From the IMG/VR virus record IMGVR_UViG_3300021255_005217: 64,000 bases of DNA. One strand, given 5' to 3'. The DNA is from a virus. Shown here one piece after another: positions 1 through 7,430 of this stretch (the first letter of the stretch is position 1; the number at the start of each line of letters is the position of its first letter). A program made the position numbers and the translations under genes. The notes below the pieces were generated by a model. The model was given only the letters and a program-made list of their open reading frames with translations. It was not told the DNA's origin and made no database searches.

Positions 1-96
1 AAAGCTGCGATAACGGCAGCGTACGTTTTAAGCGCCTGTGAAGCTCCGAAGTTTGGCAGAGGTTCTAACGGAGCAGAGGTTTAAACTGCTAATTAT

Positions 97-168
97 GCCG
101 CATTAGCGTAGATGGCAGCGCACCAGACTGAAAATCTGAGGGGGAAGTTTCGAGCACTTCATGTGGCA
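97..168 (+). tRNA. tRNA-Phe (anticodon GAA)
   Basis: 7-bp acceptor gccgcat/atgtggc, anticodon loop cuGAAaa, T-arm gaagt-TTCGAGC-acttc. Confidence 0.5.
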
Positions 169-358
169 AATAAATTAAAAAGAGACAAGCAACTAAATAC
201 CGAAAGCTGAATAACTCGAGTAAGTAAGCGAAGTAGGGAGCAACTCAATGTGTATTTTAGCTGTATGCATTATCGGTGTATGGAGATGCACGGCAACCAT
301 TTATGGACGTCCGCAGGTAAAGGTTCGAATCCTTTATAATGTGTTTCTTTTGATTTTT

Positions 359-433
359 AGAGAAGAAGTGTAGTTGGTCACTTATAACGGGAGTGAGACT
401 CCATAACAGATGGTTCGATTCCGTCCTTCTCTA
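359..433 (+). tRNA. tRNA-like element (anticodon unclear, possibly interrupted/non-canonical)
   Basis: 7-bp acceptor agagaag/cttctct and T-arm gatgg-TTCGATT-ccgtc, but no clean anticodon stem. Confidence 0.25.
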
Positions 434-486
434 ATCTTGACGGTCAATGATGATGCGACATTTATGGTGGACTTCATCGAATATTT

Positions 487-577
487 GGAGTCGTGGCTGA
501 GCTGGTTTAAGGCACTCGACTTGAAATCGAGCGAGTTCCGATGAGGGACTCCGTGAGTTCGAATCTCACCGACTCCG
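487..577 (+). tRNA. tRNA-Ser (anticodon TGA), type II with long variable arm
   Basis: acceptor ggagtcg/cgactcc, anticodon stem ctcga/tcgag loop cuUGAaa, long V-arm, T-loop GTTCGAATC. Confidence 0.65.
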
Positions 578-671
578 CTATAACTTTTACGGATATACTA
601 TAATGGGTTCGAATCCCAAAATGCATGCTATAAATAGTGGATATTAGAGAATTCGTAAAAGTTAGTTTTAT

Positions 672-744
672 GGCTAGGAATCCGAAAGGCTAGGAAACAG
701 GTCTGCAAAACCTGCTGTTGAGGGTTCGAATCCCTCCCTGGTCT
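672..744 (+). tRNA. tRNA-Cys (anticodon GCA)
   Basis: acceptor ggctagg/cctggtc (G-U wobbles), anticodon stem caggt/acctg loop cuGCAaa, T-arm gaggg-TTCGAAT-ccctc. Confidence 0.5.
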
Positions 745-891
745 CTAAACCTACCTGCACTGTTGGCGGATCCCTCTCCGCGATAGAGGCAATAGTAGTA
801 GAGACACATTTTTTATGGCGTAAACTTTTATGAGCGACAAACCAGTTTTGAGTGTCCCTTGAAAATATGTGTAGGTTTAAAATTTTTATAT

Positions 892-966
892 GGGCTTAGT
901 GATGTAATCTGGCTAGCATATCACACTTGCAATGTGAAAGTTAGGGTTCAAATCCCTCTAGGTCCA
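892..966 (+). tRNA. tRNA-Ala (anticodon TGC)
   Basis: anticodon stem tcaca/tgtga loop cuTGCaa, D-stem atgt/gcat, T-loop TTCAAAT, acceptor gggctta/taggtcc with two wobbles. Confidence 0.45.
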
Positions 967-974
967 CTCTTTTT

Positions 975-1058
975 GGAAGTGTGGGTGAATTGGCAAAACC
1001 ACCAGCCTGCTAAGTTGGGTTCCTTCGGGAAATGCGAGGTCGGGACTCGCCGCTTCCG
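975..1058 (+). tRNA. tRNA-Ser (anticodon GCT), type II, atypical T-loop
   Basis: acceptor ggaagtg/cgcttcc, anticodon stem ccagc/gttgg loop cuGCUaa, long V-arm hairpin tcc-ttcg-gga, T-stem gcgag/ctcgc with unusual loop GTCGGGA. Confidence 0.4.
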
Positions 1059-1347
1059 CTAGCTTGTATGAGATGGCATCAATTCAAGCGATGGTTATCC
1101 GGCCACCAGTGCCTTCAAAGATTGTCGGGCGTTATTGCTAATACCTATCGAGAAAGCAAGGTTTAAGCGAGGTTTTCCACAAAACTGAACTCTGTAGATG
1201 TAAAATGCAGATTGGTTTAGTCTGTCTACAGTCAGATGAGATACGGCATTAATGCGCATTGTTGATCAGCTTCTGACAACCAGTTGGGCACTGGAAGTTT
1301 ACACTATTTTTTTGGTAGAGTGGAGCCCTTGTTTATACTAATTAAAC

Positions 1348-2028
1348 ATGGGAAAGCGAAATGAAAGTGGATGGATTTGCGCAATTTGTTCTGAAAAATT
1401 TATTTCAAGAAGATTGCTTCTAATTCATAGAAAAGAAAAACACAATAATGGAAAAACTCAAAACCATTTTTGTGAATGTTATTGCCAATTTTGTGGAAAA
1501 AAGTTTACAACACATAGTGGAAATACAATTCATGAAAAGAGCTGTTCTAAAAATCCGAATCGTGTAGATGGTGCTACAAAAGGTTATAAGATGACCGAAG
1601 AGCAAAGGAAGCATTGTTCTGAGGCTAGAAAAAGAATTATTGCTAAAAATGGAGGTATTTGGTGGTCTTCTAGGAGTAAATGTAAAAGGTCATATGCTGA
1701 AGAATGGATATTAAAAATAATCCACAATAAAGTTCAAGACCAAAACTTTATAGAAGAATATCATTTAAATAGATGGTTTATGGATTTTGCTTGGCCAAAA
1801 AAGCAAATCTATATTGAAGTTGATGGCTCACAACATGAGTGGCCTGAGAGAAAACTAAAAGATAAACAAAAAGACGAATATTACAGGTCTATTGGTTGGA
1901 AAGTTTTAAGGCTTCCATGGAAATATTGCTATAACAATACCCAAGAAGCTATAAAAAATATTATTAATTTTGTTGACAATGCTAAGTCTGTGAATATCGA
2001 TTGGGAAGGTCCAAGAGAAAAGACTTAA
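1348..2028 (+). CDS. homing-endonuclease-like protein: N-terminal C2H2 + C2HC zinc fingers, C-terminal DUF559/Vsr-like (PD-(D/E)xK) nuclease domain
   Basis: CxxC-x12-H-x4-H and CxxC-x12-H-x3-C fingers; C-terminus FAWPKKQIYIEVDGSQHEW...GWKVLRLPW paralogous to ORF 4293..5120; sits inside tRNA cluster. Confidence 0.55.
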   Translation: MGKRNESGWICAICSEKFISRRLLLIHRKEKHNNGKTQNHFCECYCQFCGKKFTTHSGNTIHEKSCSKNPNRVDGATKGYKMTEEQRKHCSEARKRIIAKNGGIWWSSRSKCKRSYAEEWILKIIHNKVQDQNFIEEYHLNRWFMDFAWPKKQIYIEVDGSQHEWPERKLKDKQKDEYYRSIGWKVLRLPWKYCYNNTQEAIKNIINFVDNAKSVNIDWEGPREKT

Positions 2029-2147
2029 AAAGAAAACTTAACCGCACTGTCCTCGACGGGTTGAGGGGTAGTTTTACAAACTATTACAGGTTGTTCGACT
2101 CAATCAGGGCGGATAAACAAAAAGTCCTACAGGGACGACTTTACATT

Positions 2148-2221
2148 TGCTGATATAGTATAACGGTTAGTACAAGCGGCTCATATCCGCTTGGCGGAAG
2201 TTCGACTCTTTCTATCAGCAT
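2148..2221 (+). tRNA. tRNA-Met/Ile2 (anticodon CAT)
   Basis: acceptor tgctgat/atcagca, anticodon stem gcgg/ccgc loop cuCAUau, T-loop TTCGACT. Confidence 0.6.
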
Positions 2222-2327
2222 AAAAGGAAAAAATAATGAAGAAGAAACAAAGGCCCTAACTTTCTGTTCAGTCCATTGGAATAGAAAGTGGCCAGCTTAG
2301 ATGGAAACATATATTTTTTATTCTAAT

Positions 2328-2410
2328 GGGCGTGTGGCACATCGGTCGTGCAACAGACTTTTAATCTGTGAGGGCTTCCCTCAAGGATGGTTCGACTCCA
2401 TTCACGCTCA
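2328..2410 (+). tRNA. type II (long variable arm) tRNA with UUU anticodon loop - non-canonical identity (Leu-like body, Lys-like anticodon)
   Basis: acceptor gggcgtg/cacgctc, anticodon stem acaga/tctgt loop cuUUUaa, 17-nt V-arm gagggcttccctcaagg, T-arm atgg-TTCGACT-ccat. Confidence 0.45.
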
Positions 2411-2415
2411 CTTGA

Positions 2416-2488
2416 GGGCGGTTAGCTCAGATGGTAGAGTAGCAGACTTTTAATCTGCGGGTCACGGGTTCGAAGCCCGTACCGCTCA
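2416..2488 (+). tRNA. tRNA-Lys (anticodon TTT)
   Basis: acceptor gggcggt/accgctc, D-loop agctcagatggtagagt, anticodon stem gcaga/tctgc loop cuUUUaa, T-arm cgggTTCGAAGcccg. Confidence 0.7.
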
Positions 2489-2494
2489 AAGTTA

Positions 2495-2567
2495 GGGCCA
2501 TTGGCGCAACGGTTAGCGCGAGGGACTCTTAATCCTTAGGTTCGGGGTTCGAATCCCCGATGGCTCA
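2495..2567 (+). tRNA. tRNA-Lys (anticodon CTT)
   Basis: acceptor gggccat/atggctc, anticodon loop cuCUUaa, T-arm cggggTTCGAATccccg. Confidence 0.6.
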
Positions 2568-2594
2568 GAAATCCAAAATATACTAAGTTATAAT

Positions 2595-2747
2595 ATGGAA
2601 TATTCTAATAATGGTAAAGCTCATATTGTATATATAGATTATCAATGTGAACTTTGTAAAAAATTATTTATCCATAAACCAATAAACTCTGTAGCATTGC
2701 ATAGAAAGCACTGTTCTATGAGTCCAAATAGAATACCTAATAGATGA
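2595..2747 (+). CDS. orphan C2HC zinc-finger mini-ORF (~50 aa), homologous to N-terminal finger of the zinc-finger homing endonucleases; possible gene remnant
   Basis: MEYSNNGKAHIVYIDYQCELCKKLFIHKP...HRKHCSMSPNR carries the same CxxC...H-x3-C..NPNR module as ORFs 1348 and 4293; below 60-aa ORF-track cutoff. Confidence 0.35.
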   Translation: MEYSNNGKAHIVYIDYQCELCKKLFIHKPINSVALHRKHCSMSPNRIPNR

Positions 2748-2779
2748 TAATTAATCTATAGATAGGAGAAAATGCTTAT

Positions 2780-3154
2780 ATGAAAAAGCTTATTGCAATT
2801 CTTGTATGCGCAATCTTGGCTTCAGCAGTTTTTGCTGAAAAATACACTGTTACTGCAATTTCAGGACGTGCACGTTCAATTGATGGCGCAATTACAATCG
2901 GACAAGTTTTGGATGATGAAACTGTCATCAGCATCTCAGGCATTCGTGATACAATCCATCTTGACTATGATAAAGTCATACATGGTCCAAAGAAAAACAT
3001 AAAAGTTAAGGATGCAATTGAGCTTAAAACTTTGAAGAAAACAGAGATAAAGAGCAGTAAGGTTGGAAAAGCCACAAAGAAAAATGTAGCTCCAGCTTCA
3101 ACAGCAGCTTCACGTGCAAGTGATGCAAAAGCTGACCTTGATTGGGCTGAATAG
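2780..3154 (+). CDS. small secreted protein (signal peptide MKKLIAILVCAILASAVFA)
   Basis: N-terminal hydrophobic signal sequence, SD ataggagaaaatg upstream. Confidence 0.5.
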   Translation: MKKLIAILVCAILASAVFAEKYTVTAISGRARSIDGAITIGQVLDDETVISISGIRDTIHLDYDKVIHGPKKNIKVKDAIELKTLKKTEIKSSKVGKATKKNVAPASTAASRASDAKADLDWAE

Positions 3155-3164
3155 TACAAATTAC

Positions 3165-3238
3165 GGGATCTTAGCTCATTAGGTCAGAGCGCGACACTCA
3201 TAATGTCTGGGTGCGAGGTTCAAATCCTCGAGGTCCCA
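3165..3238 (+). tRNA. tRNA-Met/fMet (anticodon CAT)
   Basis: acceptor gggatct/aggtccc, D-loop tagctcattaggtcagagc, anticodon loop cuCAUaa, T-arm cgaggTTCAAATcctcg. Confidence 0.6.
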
Positions 3239-3246
3239 TTTGAAAT

Positions 3247-3318
3247 GTATCTGTAGTATAGTGGCTAGTACGCGACCTTGCCAAGGTTGAGGCGGGGGTT
3301 CGATTCCCCTCAGATGCT
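3247..3318 (+). tRNA. tRNA-Gly (anticodon GCC)
   Basis: acceptor gtatctg/cagatgc, D-loop agtatagtggctagtac, anticodon stem cgacc/ggttg loop uuGCCaa, T-loop GGTTCGATTCC. Confidence 0.55.
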
Positions 3319-3538
3319 CGTAATGGCAGAATTGGCGAAAGTGGATTGCTAACTGCGGAGCGGAAAAGAACCCGCTTGGCCCAAATTAAATAGAAATATC
3401 CACAAAGATATAAGATACTGTAGAATTGAAGATGCGCTTTTTAGGAAGGTTGAGTTCCAACCAGTGTCATTCAACTTCATAAATCCGTGGTAGCGCTAAC
3501 TCGGTGAAGTCAGTATTTTATTATTCTATTGGAGGTTT

Positions 3539-4207
3539 ATGCTTTTCAAACAGCGAGCTCTAAGAAAAAACTTAGAGTATTATAAGAAAAATCAAAGAGC
3601 TTTACGCTACATCCTTGAAGCATTTGATACAAATAAGATTACATATGCAATTGTTGGAAGTTTTATTCGTAGAACGCTCGAGGACACACCAGATGCATTT
3701 AGAAGCTTAAATGATATTGACATTATTGTTGATATTCCATCAAATGATATTAAGTCCATCTTGATGCATTTTGGAATGAAGCTTGATAAAAACTCTAATG
3801 GTGGTTTTAGAGTTCATGAGTTTGAAGACTCATTGCATCCAGACTTTCATATAGATGTTTGGCCATTATGTCAGCATATTCCTTTTATGAAAGCAAACGT
3901 GAAAGCTAACTTCAAGCATCTTGAAAAGCAGTCATTATTGTCTATTGACAGTGCAGCTTGGATCCCACTTTGGAAAAAGTTGTATTCATCTGCTCTTGAA
4001 GAAACTATGAAAACTGGAATAATTTCTTTTGTTGGACCAGTTTACAATGATGGTAAAGTTGTGGCCAGACTAAAGTTTTTCAAAGACAAACTTGGTTATC
4101 AACTTACAGAAGCTTGTGAAGAATATATGAAATGTATGTTCCTCAATTCAAACAGAAAAACACGTGAATATTATAGATATTTATGTGAAAAACATGAGCA
4201 TGTGTAG
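3539..4207 (+). CDS. minimal nucleotidyltransferase (Pol-beta superfamily fold)
   Basis: hG[GS]-x9-13-DhDh signature: AIVGSFIRRTLEDTPDAFRSLNDIDIIVD; SD ggaggtttatg. Confidence 0.45.
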   Translation: MLFKQRALRKNLEYYKKNQRALRYILEAFDTNKITYAIVGSFIRRTLEDTPDAFRSLNDIDIIVDIPSNDIKSILMHFGMKLDKNSNGGFRVHEFEDSLHPDFHIDVWPLCQHIPFMKANVKANFKHLEKQSLLSIDSAAWIPLWKKLYSSALEETMKTGIISFVGPVYNDGKVVARLKFFKDKLGYQLTEACEEYMKCMFLNSNRKTREYYRYLCEKHEHV

Positions 4208-4277
4208 CCAGTCCTGTCTACGAAACAGGTATCTGTAAATGGAGCTGAAAATGCAAGTTCGAATCTTGTCACATGCA
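4198..4277 (+). tRNA. tRNA-like element (possibly Tyr, GTA) overlapping stop codon of NTase gene
   Basis: 7-bp acceptor gcatgtg/cacatgc, D-stem gtag/ctac, T-arm gcaagTTCGAATcttgt; anticodon arm not cleanly resolved (cuGUAaa candidate). Confidence 0.3.
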
Positions 4278-4292
4278 TATAACTAAATATAT

Positions 4293-5120
4293 ATGATGAA
4301 TGTTCAATTACATGTATGTAGTTTTTGTGGTCGTGAGCTCACGACTAAAAGTGGCTTAAGTAGACATATTAAATATTGTATTATGAATCCAAACAGAAAA
4401 GTCTATCAAAGCCATAAACTTTCAAAAGAAACTAAAGAAAAAATCTCTCAAAAGATGAAAATTGCTCATAGTGAAGGTAGACATAAAGGTTGGGCAAACA
4501 CACGGAAAAATGTAAATGGAATGTCATATCCTGAATTATGGTTTTCTTCTGTAATAAAAAATAATTTTAATGATAAAGACTTTGAATATAACTTACCTGT
4601 AGGACACTATAAATTAGACTTTGCTTGGCCAAAAAAGATGCGTTATATTGAAATTGATGGCAAACAGCATGAATTACAAAAAGACTACGATAAAAAACGA
4701 GATGATTGGTTAAAGTCAAATGGCTGGACATGTTTAAGACTTAGTTGGAGCTTTATCCAAACAGAAAAAGAAAATGCTATTAAAATGATGAAGTCATTTA
4801 TAGATGACTCATTTGAATTAAAATTACAAGACCAATTTTTTGAGAAAAAAAGACTTGAAAAACTAAAATATGACAATTGGAAAGCAAAAAAAGCTGCTCT
4901 TGGACTTGTTGACAAGTCTGGAAAAGTTAATAGAACTCTTATTCCAACATCAGAATGGGAACATAGAAAAGATATAATTCTTCAAAGTGGTGTAGATATT
5001 TCTAAGTTCGGCTACGTAACTAAACTTGTTTTAAAAACTGGACTTACTAAAAGAATGATTGAAAAAACAATTAAAAGATTTCCGTCGATATTTCAAGATA
5101 GATTTAAAAAGTCCCTCTAG
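4293..5120 (+). CDS. homing-endonuclease-like protein: N-terminal C2HC zinc finger + DUF559/Vsr-like nuclease domain
   Basis: CSFCGRELTTKSGLSRHIKYC..NPNRK finger; FAWPKKMRYIEIDGKQHE...GWTCLRLSW paralogous to ORF 1348..2028. Confidence 0.55.
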   Translation: MMNVQLHVCSFCGRELTTKSGLSRHIKYCIMNPNRKVYQSHKLSKETKEKISQKMKIAHSEGRHKGWANTRKNVNGMSYPELWFSSVIKNNFNDKDFEYNLPVGHYKLDFAWPKKMRYIEIDGKQHELQKDYDKKRDDWLKSNGWTCLRLSWSFIQTEKENAIKMMKSFIDDSFELKLQDQFFEKKRLEKLKYDNWKAKKAALGLVDKSGKVNRTLIPTSEWEHRKDIILQSGVDISKFGYVTKLVLKTGLTKRMIEKTIKRFPSIFQDRFKKSL

Positions 5121-5140
5121 GGTCAAATTATAATATGAAA

Positions 5141-5172
5141 AAAGGTCGTTCTTTGAACGACCTTTCTTTTTT
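5141..5172. terminator. bidirectional intrinsic terminator (aaaggtcgttc-tttg-aacgaccttt + T-tract)
   Basis: between convergent ORFs 4293..5120 (+) and 5171..5665 (-). Confidence 0.75.
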
Positions 5173-5665
5173 AGTAATTTTGATTGATATTTTGATTAAG
5201 TGAAAGAATAAACTCTTTCCAAGAAACTGCTCCATAGTTGAGGTTCTTCCAGTTCTCAACAAAAACTTTCATTTGAGCTTTGCAAATATTCAAATATGTA
5301 TCACTCTGTGAAGCAATTTTATTTCTGTCTTTTTGGATGTCAATCATTCTCTGTGAGTCTTTTTTGATAGAGTCAATATCGTATGATTGAGGCAAAGAAA
5401 CAGTTCCAGGAAGATTGAAGTTATTCTGATATGTGTTGTCCTGTGCATACTTAGATGCCAAATCTGCACTTTCAGCTTCGAGGTTTATTGAGTCTGTAAG
5501 ACACTCTTTGTAGATGTTCAAATTCTTTTTCAAAGCCTCAAGAGCTGCAATTGCTTTTGAGATAGACTCTATATTTGTTGTCGACAATTCAACCAAAAGC
5601 TGGCTATCACGGCCATTGAGATTTTTTGCTTTATACCAATCTTCTTTTAAGTTTTGCTTTTCCAT
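5171..5665 (-). CDS. hypothetical protein
   Basis: 164-aa ORF, bidirectional terminator at its 3' end. Confidence 0.4.
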   Translation of the reverse strand: MEKQNLKEDWYKAKNLNGRDSQLLVELSTTNIESISKAIAALEALKKNLNIYKECLTDSINLEAESADLASKYAQDNTYQNNFNLPGTVSLPQSYDIDSIKKDSQRMIDIQKDRNKIASQSDTYLNICKAQMKVFVENWKNLNYGAVSWKEFILSLNQNINQNY

Positions 5666-5679
5666 AATAAGAAATTAGT

Positions 5680-6198
5680 CTAAATTATTCGCAAGTCTGA
5701 AGTCACCCACTTATAGCTGAGATTTTTTGGAAGTTCAGTTGTTTTGAGGTCTTCAACAAGTTTGATGAAGTTTTTATGCTGATTGCGAATTACAAAGATA
5801 GGAACATCACTTCTTTCAACTTTATTTTTTAAGTCTTTTTTAACACGACTAACGCAGCGGTTAAATCGTGATGAGTCTTCAATAAGAAGCATCATAAACT
5901 TTGTGTCAGGATATTTGAGAGCAAGCTCAATATTCTTGTCGAGATGCAAGTTCGTGTTTGAGATGATGACATCTTTTGTTCCGTCTTTAATTGCTTTTTC
6001 AAGGCGGTCATCAATCATTTTGAAGACAAGAGAATTTTGTGACTGACAAGAAATGTCACCACTGGTTTCTTTTCGGATGTTATCAGCATTCAATTCAATC
6101 GCATCTGGAAAAAGATTTCTTGCAATATGTGATTTTCCACTTCCAGAAATTCCAACTGTTATATAAACTGTCATTCTACATTTTCTCCTTTTTGACAA
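5680..6198 (-). CDS. pnk: polynucleotide 5'-kinase domain protein (T4 Pnk kinase-domain-like P-loop kinase); true start probably Met9
   Basis: ITVGISGSGKSH Walker A, ELNADNIR and VIISNTNL motifs mirror T4 Pnk LTIGCPGSGKST / NINRDDYR / VIISDTNL. Confidence 0.55.
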   Translation of the reverse strand: MSKRRKCRMTVYITVGISGSGKSHIARNLFPDAIELNADNIRKETSGDISCQSQNSLVFKMIDDRLEKAIKDGTKDVIISNTNLHLDKNIELALKYPDTKFMMLLIEDSSRFNRCVSRVKKDLKNKVERSDVPIFVIRNQHKNFIKLVEDLKTTELPKNLSYKWVTSDLRII

Positions 6199-6661
6199 TT
6201 ATTGTGTCTGCTACATGGTAAGCATCATATTTTATTGTTTTTCTTTCAAAATATTCTGTAAATTCTTTTGATGAAGTACCGAATAAGCTTAGATGATAAT
6301 GGTCAAAATGCTTATATGCTGGAAGAGCTTTAAATCTCAAGATGTAATTCGACTCAATTTCATCATTTGTTTCTTCATATTCTTTTATTAGCCCATTGGT
6401 TTGAAGACGCCAATAGTCTAATGAGTCCTTCTTGTATGATGTATTAAATTCTGTATAAAGTGAAATGAAAATCACACCGGCAATTACTACAATTACAGCT
6501 GCCATGCCACCTCGCACAAAAGATTGCAATGTTGTGTGTGATGTAATATGTGCGTCAACAATTGCTACGAACAGAAATGTAAACATAATTGCAATGATAT
6601 ACAATAACATTAAAGACCCAAATATGGAAGTTCCTACCAAATTCGAAATTGCATATAGCAT
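6176..6661 (-). CDS. small integral membrane protein
   Basis: three long hydrophobic segments in 161 aa. Confidence 0.45.
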   Translation of the reverse strand: MLYAISNLVGTSIFGSLMLLYIIAIMFTFLFVAIVDAHITSHTTLQSFVRGGMAAVIVVIAGVIFISLYTEFNTSYKKDSLDYWRLQTNGLIKEYEETNDEIESNYILRFKALPAYKHFDHYHLSLFGTSSKEFTEYFERKTIKYDAYHVADTIIVKKEKM

Positions 6662-6671
6662 TTATGTCTCC

Positions 6672-7142
6672 TTAGTCTTTGAGATAGTTTTCGATGAGTT
6701 CTTCGAGGATTTCAGATGGTTTCATGCCCTCATGAGCAATTGCCCAATCAACCCATTCAGAACGATAATTTTCTGACTTGAGATTGTTTGCGATATATTC
6801 CAAACCTTTCTTGATTTCGCCAACTGTTGGAAGATAGACACCATTACGTCCGTTTTTTGAAATAACCTGATGAACCCAAATACGGTCTTTGTAAGAAGAG
6901 TAACCATAGCGAGCGCGGCTTCTGTCATAGGCTGCATACTGTCGAATATCCTCAGATTTTCTCTGGGCTTCTTCTTTTGTATCAAAGATGCCGTTCTGAG
7001 GAAAGAACGTTCCAACTCCCAAACCTTCAGTTATGATGTATGCGAATTCCCAAGCTTTCTCTTCATCCCAAGTTTTTCGAGAAGAGTCAAAAGATGTTTT
7101 GATAACTGCCCAGTGAATGAAGTTTTCATATTTGTTAGCCAT
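6672..7142 (-). CDS. hypothetical protein
   Basis: 156-aa ORF directly downstream of conserved promoter copy 1. Confidence 0.45.
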   Translation of the reverse strand: MANKYENFIHWAVIKTSFDSSRKTWDEEKAWEFAYIITEGLGVGTFFPQNGIFDTKEEAQRKSEDIRQYAAYDRSRARYGYSSYKDRIWVHQVISKNGRNGVYLPTVGEIKKGLEYIANNLKSENYRSEWVDWAIAHEGMKPSEILEELIENYLKD

Positions 7143-7152
7143 AGTTTACCTC

Positions 7153-7198
7153 TTTACATATATAATATATGAAAAAGCACAGAAAGGTTCAAAAAAAA
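7153..7198 (-). promoter_or_regulatory. conserved sigmaA-type promoter copy 1 (TTGAAC-N17-TATATT + ATATATGTAAAG)
   Basis: one of 7 near-identical ~45-bp elements; drives ORF 6672..7142. Confidence 0.55.
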
Positions 7199-7220
7199 TG
7201 CAAACTTTTTACAGTTTGCA
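7191..7220 (-). terminator. intrinsic terminator (hairpin tgcaaact/agtttgca + T-tract)
   Basis: GC-containing hairpin followed by 8 U on minus strand, downstream of ORF 7232..7429. Confidence 0.5.
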
Positions 7221-7231
7221 TTTGGCAGTTT

Positions 7232-7429
7232 TTAGCTATAGAGTCGATTCAATGTTTTGTATGCATTCTCTTCAACTTCAACAATTTTTTTCGAATGTCC
7301 GCATTTGTCCATTTTTTCATTCAAGTCTTCACGTGAAATATCCTGGCCATCAAGGCGTACATTCTCATTTGGATTGTAAATTGGTGTTCCTTCATTTGGT
7401 TCACCAACAACTTCTCTAAGTCTCTGCAT
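7232..7429 (-). CDS. hypothetical small protein (65 aa)
   Basis: ORF translationally coupled to the 731-aa gene upstream. Confidence 0.3.
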   Translation of the reverse strand: MQRLREVVGEPNEGTPIYNPNENVRLDGQDISREDLNEKMDKCGHSKKIVEVEENAYKTLNRLYS

Positions 7430-7430
7430 A

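Noticed and set aside
859-1062. 67-aa ORF in the six-frame track
   Set aside because: It lies entirely over the predicted tRNA-Ala and tRNA-Ser(GCT) genes and has no SD; spurious.
1062-1347. Possible structured ncRNA between tRNA-Ser(GCT) and the first homing endonuclease (long hairpin ctgtagat...gtctacag)
   Set aside because: Single imperfect hairpin without a recognisable family signature; could simply be the endonuclease target or remnant sequence.
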